Source: an uncultured Pseudomonadota bacterium (GTDB lineage: Bacteria > Babelota > Babeliae > Babelales > CAIQNR01). Taken from it: a stretch of 59,822 nt of DNA. The first letter of the stretch is position 1; every line of letters starts with the position of its first letter. Below, piece by piece: positions 8,310 through 17,072 of this stretch. Both the position numbers and the translations under genes were made by a program. Location of the stretch: NCBI GenBank assembly GCA_964606885.1, contig CAZSHB010000005.1:1-59822 (forward strand), given 5' to 3'. The notes below the pieces were generated by a model. It had not been told where the DNA came from, searched no databases, and saw only the letters and a list, made by a program, of their open reading frames with translations.

Positions 8310-9895
8310 AATGCTTGCCACACCATCCATAAGGCATTTGCCGCAAACATCCCTGAACAGAATGGTTCCCAGCGCTCTTGATCAGCAACAACAAGCGAAG
8401 ATAATCCGCCAATCACAAGACCTAAACTTAACGATAACGGCATCAAAAGACCGCCTAATACCAGCATAGGATGCACCTTGATTTTCTTAAGCACAAAGCC
8501 ATACAGAACACCTAATGCAAGAACCACATAATCGAAGGTCACTGCTTTTACTAAGAGCGCACGTGCTTGTCCACGTTCGGCAAACAGCAACTCAGAACCT
8601 AATTGAAAGTGCGTCACTAAGAGCCAAAACACGAATGCCATGGTTATGGAACTCACGACAATACCCAAAAGCTGAAAATAAAACATACGGCGAGAAGATA
8701 AATTTGCTAACGCTGCTGCTCGCTGACCAAACAGAATATCTGTTGTTACCCCACCACACGCTTCAACAAGTGTTGCGACCACCGTTGCTTGTAGTCCGGT
8801 AAATCCAAAAATAACAAGGCCCGGCAACATAACAAACGTGGCAAAACGCCCTAACAACGCTAAACCAATTTTCCCCGCTATAGCCGCTATCTGATACGCA
8901 CACACTAAAGTAAAAAAGATAGTATACACTTGTGCAGCAAACGAAAGCTCAAAGTAGCTCAACACTCCAATAACAATGGCAACTGTTATCATAAAAAAAG
9001 GTGACAATATAAGCGCTCGCACAGAAAGAGCAGATTCTGATGTTTTTGCAGAACGTTGCTTAGTAAAAAAAGCGAACAACTGGCGCGGTGTATCAATCAA
9101 ACCACCACACGCACCTGCAACAACCATGCCACTACAAAAGGCTAAAATAAAGTCGGCGCTACTGATATGCGAGAAATAAAGAGCTTGCACAATATCGGTA
9201 AAAAAAATACGAGTTAATGTACCAATTAATAATGGTACCGTGATCATACTGCCGGCAATAAAACCTATTGCCCACAACATGGGTAGATAACCCATAGAAA
9301 ACTGAATTGCAGGTATCTTTAATAAGCCCAAGCGCGATGCTGGCAATACCGTAACAACTGCAGGAATCACATATCCTTGCATCCATGTTTTTACTTGTAA
9401 TGCACAATACACCGACGTAGTAAGAGCACCTGCAAGTAACCGTTTAAGATTCCCCACTTCATGAGCAGCGCTTGCAATTTTATAGACCAATACACCTACG
9501 GGAAATGGCAATTCTTGATCATGTAATAATGTTTTTTTAATATGCCACGACAACCACCAAGCAAGAAGACCGCCTGCTAATGCAAGCGATGCTATCACAG
9601 AACAAGCTAAAAATGGCTTTTGCATAAATGCATCAAAAGCTACAGGATCTAAAAAATAATAGGTGGGAAAAGAGAACCCAAATGCTGTTGCAAGAATACC
9701 ACCAATAGAGCCTGCACTTACTGCATACAGCAAATTATTCGTGGTAAAATGTCCAATACAACGCATGCCTAAAATACCAAGCATCGCAAGCGTTGGTCCC
9801 ATCCATGGGCCAATTGGCGTAGCAATAGTAATATAGGTCATCACACTGGTTGAAAAAATGGCAAACAAAATACTTATTAAAATAGTCGTTATCAT
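8303..9895 (-). CDS. Polytopic membrane transporter, probably OPT (oligopeptide transporter) superfamily
   Basis: ~530 aa, hydrophobic throughout (12 or more predicted helices by eye). YAVSAGSIGGILATAFGFSFPTYYFL and LPFPVGVLVYKIASA resemble conserved OPT-family blocks as I remember them. ATG at 9895 preferred over TTG at 9913. Confidence 0.5.
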   Translation of the reverse strand: MITTILISILFAIFSTSVMTYITIATPIGPWMGPTLAMLGILGMRCIGHFTTNNLLYAVSAGSIGGILATAFGFSFPTYYFLDPVAFDAFMQKPFLACSVIASLALAGGLLAWWLSWHIKKTLLHDQELPFPVGVLVYKIASAAHEVGNLKRLLAGALTTSVYCALQVKTWMQGYVIPAVVTVLPASRLGLLKIPAIQFSMGYLPMLWAIGFIAGSMITVPLLIGTLTRIFFTDIVQALYFSHISSADFILAFCSGMVVAGACGGLIDTPRQLFAFFTKQRSAKTSESALSVRALILSPFFMITVAIVIGVLSYFELSFAAQVYTIFFTLVCAYQIAAIAGKIGLALLGRFATFVMLPGLVIFGFTGLQATVVATLVEACGGVTTDILFGQRAAALANLSSRRMFYFQLLGIVVSSITMAFVFWLLVTHFQLGSELLFAERGQARALLVKAVTFDYVVLALGVLYGFVLKKIKVHPMLVLGGLLMPLSLSLGLVIGGLSSLVVADQERWEPFCSGMFAANALWMVWQALW

Positions 9896-9967
9896 ACGTA
9901 TCTTTCTACACAATACAAAACATCAAAATAGCTTATTAGTGTAACAAGATAACAATCAGATGACGAA

Positions 9968-10306
9968 CTAAAAGTCCATCTGTTTACCGGCAACAAAATG
10001 AAGATGAATATGGAAAACACACTGTCCTGCGCGCGCGCCATTATTAGACACTAAACGGAACTCTGCATGCTGTTCATCTTTTTTTGAAAGCTCTTGTGCC
10101 ATCAATAAGAGTTGAGATGCCACATGCGCATCGTTTGGTTCTATTTGTGCAATATCACGAATATGTTTTTTGGGAATAATTAAATAATGAATAGGAGCTT
10201 TTGGATACAGATCTTTGATAACAAGAACGTCATCATTTTCTGCAATTTTAGTAGAAGGAAGTTGATTGTTGATTATTTTACAGAAGATACAGCTATGTTC
10301 GTTCAT
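9968..10306 (-). CDS. HIT (histidine triad) family nucleotide hydrolase
   Basis: C-terminal HIHLHF histidine triad. N-terminal CIFCKII. ATG 10306 has an AGGAG RBS and avoids the tRNA-Leu that the longer ORF-track model overlaps. Confidence 0.85.
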   Translation of the reverse strand: MNEHSCIFCKIINNQLPSTKIAENDDVLVIKDLYPKAPIHYLIIPKKHIRDIAQIEPNDAHVASQLLLMAQELSKKDEQHAEFRLVSNNGARAGQCVFHIHLHFVAGKQMDF

Positions 10307-10328
10307 AATTATCTCCTGATATTTAAGT

Positions 10329-10414
10329 TGGTGCCGGGAGCCGGACTCGAACCGGCACAGTGTCGCCACCGCGGGATTTTGAGTCCCGTGCGTCTACCAT
10401 TTCGCCACCCCGGC
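10329..10414 (-). tRNA. tRNA-Leu (anticodon CAA), CCA encoded
   Basis: Reverse complement GCCGGGGTGGCGAAATGGTAGACGCACGGGACTCAAAATCCCGCGGTGGCGACACTGTGCCGGTTCGAGTCCGGCTCCCGGCACCA. 7-bp acceptor stem. Anticodon arm CGGGA-CTCAAAA-TCCCG. Long variable arm. T-loop TTCGAGT. Confidence 0.9.
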
Positions 10415-10511
10415 AATATTTCAAACATGAGAAGCAATGGTAAAAGAAAAGGCTCTAATAGTCAACTGGAAGCCTTTAATTGCAATACTTTTTGATACAA
10501 AATCACTACAT

Positions 10512-10799
10512 TTATGAAAATACCTGTTGCCAAGCAATACCAAAAGCAGCATAAAAATCTTCAACTGTTAGTGATGTATGTATCTTTATGCGCTTTTTTC
10601 GAACCGTTAAGCCTGCCACTATTTCAATAAGATCCTGAGTTAGGCCCAGCGTTTTGGCTATATACTTTATAAGCTCTTTATTAGCAGCGCCCTTTTCTGG
10701 AGCACTTTTTAATGAGCACTTAAGAAGACCATTTTTAGCTAAAAAAATCTGGCATTTTGCCGATTGAGGAATTACGGTGAGTTCAATAATAAGGGCCAT
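10512..10799 (-). CDS. DUF167/YggU-family protein
   Basis: 95 aa. The pattern ...APEKGAANKELIKYIAKTLGL...IEIVAGLTVRKKRIKI matches the YggU (UPF0235) consensus (G.AN..L...L...L......V.I..G..SR.K.+.I). Confidence 0.7.
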   Translation of the reverse strand: MALIIELTVIPQSAKCQIFLAKNGLLKCSLKSAPEKGAANKELIKYIAKTLGLTQDLIEIVAGLTVRKKRIKIHTSLTVEDFYAAFGIAWQQVFS

Positions 10800-10900
10800 A
10801 AGAAACTTTTCGTTATTTTTTATAGAGCAAAACTTGCATTAACGGCGGAATCACGTATTATTTCTAACACTTTATTCTTCTTAAAAATAGAGTAGAATAA

Positions 10901-10992
10901 GGAGAGGTGGCTGAGTGGTCTAAAGCGCTTGCCTGCTAAGCAAGTTTCTGGGGAAACCTGGATCGAGGGTTCGAATCCCTTCCTCTCCACCA
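10901..10992 (+). tRNA. tRNA-Ser (anticodon GCT), CCA encoded
   Basis: GGAGAGG acceptor pairs with CCTCTCC. Anticodon arm CTTGC-CTGCTAA-GCAAG. Long variable arm. T-loop TTCGAAT. Confidence 0.9.
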
Positions 10993-11145
10993 GTCTTCGT
11001 TGCTACGCAACTTCGTCTGGCTAACGCCGATGCGAAAAGAAGACTGTCCGATCGAAGCATCAGGTCAGGAGAAATAAACAAGCTCCAGACAAAAGCAAAG
11101 ACGGACGATGTAGCATGACCGAATAAGATTCTTTGAAAATTATAT

Positions 11146-11222
11146 GCGCCCGTAGCTCAATTGGATAGAGCGTCAGACTACGGATCTGAAGGTTGTAGGT
11201 TCGATTCCTTCCGGGCGCACCA
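11146..11222 (+). tRNA. tRNA-Arg (anticodon ACG), CCA encoded
   Basis: GCGCCCG/CGGGCGC acceptor. D arm GCTC-AATTGGATA-GAGC. Anticodon arm TCAGA-CTACGGA-TCTGA. T-loop TTCGATT. Confidence 0.9.
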
Positions 11223-11264
11223 TACTTTGCATAATTTGTTCTTCGAACTCCGAAGAACAAATAG

Positions 11265-11285
11265 AAAGCTTCGTATGGTAAACCA
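11265..11285 (+). repeat. tRNA-trailer repeat copy 1 (AAAGCTTCGTATGGTAAACCA)
   Basis: Exact 21-nt match to 11429-11449. Its GTATGGT pairs with ACCATAC, which spans the discriminator and CCA end of tRNA-Arg (11219-11225). Confidence 0.8.
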
Positions 11286-11327
11286 TTCTACGAATCAATC
11301 GTTTTTCGATTGCGGAGTAGAACTTGT

Positions 11328-11418
11328 GGAGAGATGGCAGAGCGGTCGATTGCGACGGTCTTGAAAACCGTTATCCGTGATGAGCGGATCGTGGGTTCGA
11401 ATCCCACTCTCTCCTCCA
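11328..11418 (+). tRNA. tRNA-Ser (anticodon TGA), CCA encoded
   Basis: GGAGAGA/TCTCTCC acceptor. Anticodon arm ACGGT-CTTGAAA-ACCGT. Long variable arm. T arm GTGGG-TTCGAAT-CCCAC. Confidence 0.9.
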
Positions 11419-11428
11419 TACTTCGCGT

Positions 11429-11449
11429 AAAGCTTCGTATGGTAAACCA
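11429..11449 (+). repeat. tRNA-trailer repeat copy 2 (AAAGCTTCGTATGGTAAACCA)
   Basis: Exact 21-nt match to 11265-11285. GTATGG pairs with CCATAC at the CCA end of tRNA-Ser(TGA). Confidence 0.8.
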
Positions 11450-11495
11450 AACTTAGCTTTACTTCTTACTAACATTTGTAGGAGCTAAAGCTATC

Positions 11496-12044
11496 ATGAC
11501 AAATCAAAAACATATTCTTCTTACACCCTTTGAAGCTAGCGCACAGCGATGCGTAGTAGGGCAAATAACAATACCAACACCTCTGGGCGACATGCTCGCA
11601 ACTGCAGATCACACAACACTACACACCCTAGAATTTACAGATAATCCAAAGCCATTTGCGCACAAAAACAAATCAATTATGTCAGAAACTAATCCAGTAC
11701 TTGAACTTCTTAAACACGAATTAGCTGCTTATTTTGCAGGAACACTTACTATTTTTACAGTGCCTTTTTATCTAGAAGGCACAGATTTTCAAAAACAAAC
11801 GTGGCAACAACTATGCCATATTACCTATGGTGCTACACTTAGTTATGCTCAGATTGCTCAAGCAATAGATAAACCAACTGCATATCGAGCGGTAGCAAAC
11901 GCAAATGCAGCTAATCGTATAGCTTTGCTTATCCCCTGCCATCGAGTAATTACCTCTACTGGCGACTATGGCGGCTATCGCTATAACATAGAAAGAAAGC
12001 GATGGTTACTAGATCATGAAAAACAAATAAGCTTAAATTTCTAA
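11496..12044 (+). CDS. ogt: Methylated-DNA--protein-cysteine methyltransferase
   Basis: Active-site PCHRV (LLIPCHRVI). Preceded by YAQIA..I..P.AYRAVANANAANRIAL. AGGAG RBS upstream of ATG 11496. Confidence 0.9.
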   Translation: MTNQKHILLTPFEASAQRCVVGQITIPTPLGDMLATADHTTLHTLEFTDNPKPFAHKNKSIMSETNPVLELLKHELAAYFAGTLTIFTVPFYLEGTDFQKQTWQQLCHITYGATLSYAQIAQAIDKPTAYRAVANANAANRIALLIPCHRVITSTGDYGGYRYNIERKRWLLDHEKQISLNF

Positions 12045-12356
12045 TAAAACTCTATCTATTCCTTATTCTCATAAGTATGGTATACTTCATAGTGTTTATT
12101 TGAAAAAGTTAGCTTCACCGCTAGCTTAACCGCACAAGCCATGGGAAACAATAATAGCGTATGTTCAAGAAAGTCGGTCGACTTCTTGCAGAAAGTATAT
12201 CCCCCTGTGGAACTGTAAATTAGGAGGAAGACCGTAACGGCTATTAATTGAAATCTCATAAAGCATGTATCAACCCAGAACAATCACACATGTATTGCAT
12301 GCAGTTCACAAAAGAATATAAATATCTCATTTTCCCATTTAAGGTTTAAAAAAAAC

Positions 12357-12764
12357 ATGGAAAACAAAAACAAATTATTCGTTGGCAATCTTTCTTACAA
12401 CATGAGCAAAGAAGAACTTACAGAAGTATTCTCAGCTCACGGCGCAGTTCTTGAAGTTTCAATCCCATTGAACCGTGAAACAAACCGCCCACGTGGTTTC
12501 GCTTTCGTTACTATGGAAACTGAAGGCGACACAGAAAATGCTTTAGCACTTAACGGTACTGAAGTTATGGGTCGTAAGATGATCGTTAACATGGCAAATA
12601 ACAATGGTCCACGCACAGGCGGTTCAGACCGTGGTGGTGACCGTGCTCCTAGAACAGGCGGTTACTCAAGCGAACGTCGTCCATCATTCGGTTCAGACCG
12701 TGGTGGTTCTTCAGATCGCGGCGGCAGCCGTGGTGGCTTTGGTGGTCCAAAGAAATCTTGGTAA
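12357..12764 (+). CDS. RRM-type RNA-binding protein with an RGG/SDRGG-rich C-terminal tail
   Basis: RNP-2 KLFVGNL and RNP-1 RGFAFVTM. The tail has repeated DRGG/SRGG units (GGSDRGGDR...GSDRGGSSDRGGSRGGFGG). Confidence 0.9.
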   Translation: MENKNKLFVGNLSYNMSKEELTEVFSAHGAVLEVSIPLNRETNRPRGFAFVTMETEGDTENALALNGTEVMGRKMIVNMANNNGPRTGGSDRGGDRAPRTGGYSSERRPSFGSDRGGSSDRGGSRGGFGGPKKSW

Positions 12765-12818
12765 CTACCATTCGTTCTTAATGAGCGAATAAAAGTTTAA
12801 GACCATGGGGTAAAACTC

Positions 12819-13064
12819 ATGAAAGAAGCATTACAACCACTCAAACACCCTATCAAACCAGGCATCTACAAACATTACAGTGGTAATTTGTATGAAATCA
12901 TGGGCACAGGTCGCCATTCTGAAACATTAGAAGAACTCGTTTTCTATAAAGATCTTGATAAACCAGAACTGCTTTGGGCACGCCCTGCAAGCATGTTTTT
13001 AGAAGTAGTAGAATATAACGGCACCATTACTGACCGCTTTACGTTTATAAAAGAAAAAAAATAA
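12819..13064 (+). CDS. DUF1653-family protein
   Basis: 81 aa. YKHYSGNLYEIMGTGRHSETLEELVFYKDL...LWARPASMF matches the DUF1653 pattern (Y.H.KG..Y......A.HSET.E..V.Y..L) as I remember it. Confidence 0.65.
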   Translation: MKEALQPLKHPIKPGIYKHYSGNLYEIMGTGRHSETLEELVFYKDLDKPELLWARPASMFLEVVEYNGTITDRFTFIKEKK

Positions 13065-13070
13065 CACACC

Positions 13071-13628
13071 ATGAAATTCACACTCGGCATACTCAGCACT
13101 TTGCTTGTACTACAACACACTCCAAGCTATTGCTCAGAACATGAAAGTAACCCACATATCATAAAGCTTGGAAGAGGAGCGCTGCCTGGCAACCACGTTG
13201 TTCACTGCTACCAAGATGCATTATATATAACCTATACTACCCCATCAGCAGAACCGGCACCTATCAAAAAAATTGCTCTCATTGATGACCAAGGCACTAT
13301 GCTTCACCTAACTGATTGCAACTGTGTTGTATTTGGCATTAACAAATTAAGGCACCCAGACAAACTGCATATACGCGCAACTCGCTCAACAATAAAAGCT
13401 ATCGATCTAGAACATCCAGCATACGAACCCCCAGGCATAACACTTTGTAAACACAGCAAAGCATGGGTCACACATTACGAAAAAAAATATGAAGATGATA
13501 AAAGTGCACAGCGTGCTGTAGCCTATTATGGACCATTATCCAATAAAAGTACGTACAACAGACCTAGACGCAGCTTATTGCTAGCAGATTTATGTATATC
13601 ACATCCAGCAACAACTTCAGATCAGTAA
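13071..13628 (+). CDS. Hypothetical secreted protein
   Basis: 185 aa. Signal-like MKFTLGILSTLLVLQHTPSYC. No family recognised. Confidence 0.6.
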   Translation: MKFTLGILSTLLVLQHTPSYCSEHESNPHIIKLGRGALPGNHVVHCYQDALYITYTTPSAEPAPIKKIALIDDQGTMLHLTDCNCVVFGINKLRHPDKLHIRATRSTIKAIDLEHPAYEPPGITLCKHSKAWVTHYEKKYEDDKSAQRAVAYYGPLSNKSTYNRPRRSLLLADLCISHPATTSDQ

Positions 13629-13654
13629 ACTCTTCTCAATAATTCAGACAAGAA

Positions 13655-13685
13655 AAAAGGCAGCTTTTCAGCTGCCTTAATTTCT
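13655..13685. terminator. Bidirectional terminator between convergent genes
   Basis: 8-bp stem AAGGCAGC (13657-13664) / GCTGCCTT (13671-13678). Strong T-run on the minus-strand reading, weaker on plus. Confidence 0.65.
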
Positions 13686-13695
13686 TTATAAAATC

Positions 13696-15093
13696 TTACT
13701 CAGATTTTGGTCCGCGCTTTTTTGTACCAAAGCGACCACGGCTTACGCCTGAACCTTCACCATCTGAACGTCTTTTGAATCCACCACCAAAGCTTGATGA
13801 TGAACGACGTGGACGATCTTCTGAACCTTGATCGCCATAACGATCTGAACGGTCACCGGTGCTTGAAGAACGACGTCCACCAAAACCTGATGATGATCCA
13901 CCTGAAGAACGGCGTCCGCCATATCCTGAAGAAGAACCGCCTGAACGAGAACGTGATCCTGAACGGCCACCAACGCCTGATCTTTCACCACGAGGTTCGT
14001 CTTTGCATGTTTCAGGGCTGATCAATCTGCAGATAGCGCGCCATTTCATACCGTCTTGACGGGTAATAATGTTAATCGCTTTACCTTTAGCGCCAGCACG
14101 ACCTGTTCTACCAATACGATGAATGTAATCTTCTGGACATTGTGGAAGATCAAAGTTGATCACACAACCAATATGAGGAATATCCAAACCACGAGCAGCA
14201 ACGTCAGTTGCAACTAAGATTTGATACTTACCATCACGAAATGCTTTAATAACGCGGTCACGAGCACTTTGACGAAGATCACCATGGATCGCATCAGCTT
14301 TGTAACCAGCATCGTATAATTTCTTTGCAAGCTTTTCTGTACCAAACTTTGTCTTTACAAAGATGATAATAGAACCTTGGAATGTTTTAATTTTATCTAA
14401 TAAAACATCAAACTTTTCTGCTTCTGTTGTTTGTACAATTTCTTGCTCAACGTTTTCAGTTGGCTTAGATGTTGAACCAACAGATACTCGTACTGGAGAG
14501 TTAAGGTAAGCACCTGCTAAACGTTCAATTGTTGAATTCATCGTTGCAGAGAACATTAATGTTTGACGTACTTTAGGAAGATAATCAGCAATTTGTTCAA
14601 GTTGAGGAGCAAAGCCCATATCTAACATACGGTCAGCTTCATCAAGAACCAAGAATTGTGTTGTTGAAAGGTCTAATGAACCACGATCTAAATGATCGTT
14701 GATACGACCTGGTGTACCGATAATAATACGTGGATCCATATCAAGTTGACGCAATTGTCTGAAAATTGGCTCACCACCAATTAACAATGCAGACTTAATA
14801 CCACTCTTTTTACCGATAAGTAATTTTAGTGTTTCTAAAACTTGCACAGCAAGTTCACGAGTTGGAGCAAGAACAAGCGCGCTTGCCTTAGGATTCACAA
14901 GTAAATTATTGACGAGTGGAATACCAAACGCAGCAGTTTTACCTGTACCTGTTTGTGCTGAACCAAGAACATCTTTACCTTCTAAACCTAGAGGTATTGT
15001 TTGTGCTTGAATAGGAGTTGGAACATCGAATTTCATCGCTTCGAGCGATTGTAATAATAATTCGGGTAAACCAAGAGAACGGAAATCTTTCAT
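13696..15093 (-). CDS. DEAD-box ATP-dependent RNA helicase with an Arg/Ser/Gly-rich C-terminal tail
   Basis: Q motif F..LGL...L....PTPIQ. Walker A AQTGTGKT. DEAD box (VLDEADRMLD). SAT. HRIGRTGRAG. The ~100-aa tail has repeated GG(R)RSSGGSSSG(F/Y)GGRRSS. ATG 15093 sits directly before the canonical N-terminus. The ORF-track TTG at 15165 is rejected. Confidence 0.9.
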   Translation of the reverse strand: MKDFRSLGLPELLLQSLEAMKFDVPTPIQAQTIPLGLEGKDVLGSAQTGTGKTAAFGIPLVNNLLVNPKASALVLAPTRELAVQVLETLKLLIGKKSGIKSALLIGGEPIFRQLRQLDMDPRIIIGTPGRINDHLDRGSLDLSTTQFLVLDEADRMLDMGFAPQLEQIADYLPKVRQTLMFSATMNSTIERLAGAYLNSPVRVSVGSTSKPTENVEQEIVQTTEAEKFDVLLDKIKTFQGSIIIFVKTKFGTEKLAKKLYDAGYKADAIHGDLRQSARDRVIKAFRDGKYQILVATDVAARGLDIPHIGCVINFDLPQCPEDYIHRIGRTGRAGAKGKAINIITRQDGMKWRAICRLISPETCKDEPRGERSGVGGRSGSRSRSGGSSSGYGGRRSSGGSSSGFGGRRSSSTGDRSDRYGDQGSEDRPRRSSSSFGGGFKRRSDGEGSGVSRGRFGTKKRGPKSE

Positions 15094-15424
15094 AACGTCT
15101 TTCGTTAAAACTTTGATAAAAATACGCGGAATTATTGAAAGACTGCTACAAACACATTTTCTCAAGAATCCCTGCGACCACCTTATTACAGTGTAAAAGC
15201 ACCCTAGTGCATGACAGGAAGATTTTTCTTAAGAAAACCCTAATGAGATCTGGTTTGCGAGAAAAATAGCTGTGCAACTGATGCCTAAAACTATTTCTTA
15301 AAGGTACAAGATCTGACCAACAATGTCAAAAGAGGCCTAGAATAGAGGGTATTGCTCAATCACACGCGCTTATATACACTAATCATCAGGGATTAATAAG
15401 CTTTCTTACAGGGGAATAAGCTCA

Positions 15425-16399
15425 ATGGCAGAACTTCTACTACCATCATCTACCACTATCGCTCTTCTAGCAGATAAGCTCAAACAGGGCATGTTAGTAG
15501 CATTTCCCACAGAGACCGTCTACGGTCTAGGGGCAGATGCAACCAATAGACAAGCCGTAGCAGCTATTTATCAAGCTAAAGGTCGGCCAACATTTAACCC
15601 GCTTATTGCCCATTATCCATCTCTAGAAGCTGCACAAGCAGACGCTCATTTTAGCCCCCAAGCATTAGCCCTAGCGCACGCTTTTTGGCCTGGGCCACTC
15701 ACGCTTGTGCTACCTAAAAAACCGGGCTCTCGGGTCTGTGGTCTTGCAACAGCAGGCCTTGATACCATTGCAGTACGTGTACCAGCACATCCTGTTGCAT
15801 TAGAACTGTTACGTATGTGTACTACGCCTATTGTTGCGCCAAGCGCTAACCCCTCTGGATTTTTAAGCCCTGTTACTGCACAACAGGTAGAAAAGGGCTT
15901 AGGCACAAAAATTAATTGGATTCTTGATGGTGGAAAAACTACCCAAGGCCTAGAGTCAACTATTGTTGATGTTACAACAGATATACCTACTATTTTGCGC
16001 CATGGCCCTATTACACACGCCATATTAGAGGCTCTTGTTGGCACCGTACATACAGCAGATACACATACCAGCACTGATACAAAAACACCTAAATCTCCAG
16101 GCATGTTGTTACACCATTATGCACCACGCTGCCCTCTAAGATTAACGATTGATAATCCAAAACCGGGTGAAGCGTTGCTTGCATTTGGACCAGGATTACT
16201 CCCACTTGGGTTTGATACGATACTGAATCTAAGTCCAACAGGCGATTTGGTTGAAGCTGCTGCAAACTTGTTTGATTATTTACACCAACTTGAAGATTCT
16301 GGCGCGACCGGCATTGCAGTTATGCCCATTCCACAAATAGGACTAGGTGCTGCAATTCATGATAAATTGTCACGCGCACAGTTATTTTCTACAAAATAA
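15425..16399 (+). CDS. tsaC: L-threonylcarbamoyladenylate synthase, long form (YrdC domain plus Sua5 C-terminal domain)
   Basis: FPTETVYGLGADATN, IY.AKGRP..NPLI and SAN.SG blocks typical of YrdC/Sua5. 324 aa fits the two-domain Sua5 type. Confidence 0.85.
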   Translation: MAELLLPSSTTIALLADKLKQGMLVAFPTETVYGLGADATNRQAVAAIYQAKGRPTFNPLIAHYPSLEAAQADAHFSPQALALAHAFWPGPLTLVLPKKPGSRVCGLATAGLDTIAVRVPAHPVALELLRMCTTPIVAPSANPSGFLSPVTAQQVEKGLGTKINWILDGGKTTQGLESTIVDVTTDIPTILRHGPITHAILEALVGTVHTADTHTSTDTKTPKSPGMLLHHYAPRCPLRLTIDNPKPGEALLAFGPGLLPLGFDTILNLSPTGDLVEAAANLFDYLHQLEDSGATGIAVMPIPQIGLGAAIHDKLSRAQLFSTK

Positions 16400-16409
16400 C
16401 AAAACGCAG

Positions 16410-17069
16410 TTAGCGATCTAAATTTTCTTGATAATTTCTGTAGGTAATACGCCCAGAACATGGGTCATACACAAATGTAAACAACGAACAGTTAGGCACC
16501 TGTATCTTTGCTTCTGGTGCAATATTCAGATAATCAAACAGACTCTTTACCATACCACTATGCCCAACTACATACACTTCAGTTTTATGTTGCACTGCCA
16601 TGTCATTTAAGAAATCTGTTATACGCGCAACATGCACTTCTAATGGTTCAATAGCATGATCCGGATTATCCTGAATAAACTGCTCTAGCTGATGCGTACG
16701 AATACCTTCCGCTTTGCCAAAGTTACGCTCTTTAAGCCGCTCATCAACAATAACCGGCACCTGTAATTGAGCACCCAAAATCAAAGCTGTCTCGTGTGCT
16801 CGTTGTTGTGGAGAACTGTACAGATCTGCAATGTGTAAAACAGCTAATTTGTGTGCCATAGCTTCAGCCTGCTGGCGACCAATAGGATTAAGGGGGACAT
16901 CAACTGAGCCATACAAAATACCCTGTTGATTCGCATCCGTTACACCATGCCGAATAATATGCACAGTTACTAAAGAGCAAGATTTATTATGATGGTACCA
17001 ATAACCAGCAACACTCAGTACCGCCAGCGCACTCGCTATTATCTTGAAATTTCTCTTTAGCTTCACCAA
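16410..17069 (-). CDS. Histidine phosphatase (phosphoglycerate-mutase-like) family protein with N-terminal membrane anchor or signal
   Basis: Catalytic RHG (VHIIRHGVTDAN), SSPQQRAHETA and VVGHSG motifs. N-terminal hydrophobic IIASALAVLSVAGYWY. TTG or GTG start. Confidence 0.8.
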   Translation of the reverse strand: MVKLKRNFKIIASALAVLSVAGYWYHHNKSCSLVTVHIIRHGVTDANQQGILYGSVDVPLNPIGRQQAEAMAHKLAVLHIADLYSSPQQRAHETALILGAQLQVPVIVDERLKERNFGKAEGIRTHQLEQFIQDNPDHAIEPLEVHVARITDFLNDMAVQHKTEVYVVGHSGMVKSLFDYLNIAPEAKIQVPNCSLFTFVYDPCSGRITYRNYQENLDR

Positions 17070-17072
17070 GTT

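Noticed and set aside
11041-11100. CATCAGGTCAGGAG in the tRNA spacer, reminiscent of the SRP (4.5S) RNA CCAGGUCAGGUCCGGAAGGAAGCAGC core
   Set aside because: The GGAA tetraloop and the conserved symmetric-loop nucleotides are missing, and no long closing helix could be drawn. The similarity is limited to about 9 nt.
10187-11364. ORFs 10187-10495, 11060-11260 and 11161-11364
   Set aside because: Each overlaps a well-folded tRNA gene (Leu-CAA, Arg-ACG, Ser-TGA). They are classic spurious ORFs across tRNA sequence.
10329-11450. tRNA cluster as an integration hotspot (looked for an integrase, attachment-site repeats or island genes next to the tRNAs)
   Set aside because: Flanking genes are ordinary (HIT, DUF167, ogt). 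No integrase or partial tRNA duplication was seen. The local repeats are better explained as trailer structures.
12056-12283. 75-aa minus-strand ORF between ogt and the RRM gene
   Set aside because: No RBS, no signal or domain features, and it lies in the presumed long leader/promoter region of the RRM gene. Kept as non-coding, with low certainty either way.
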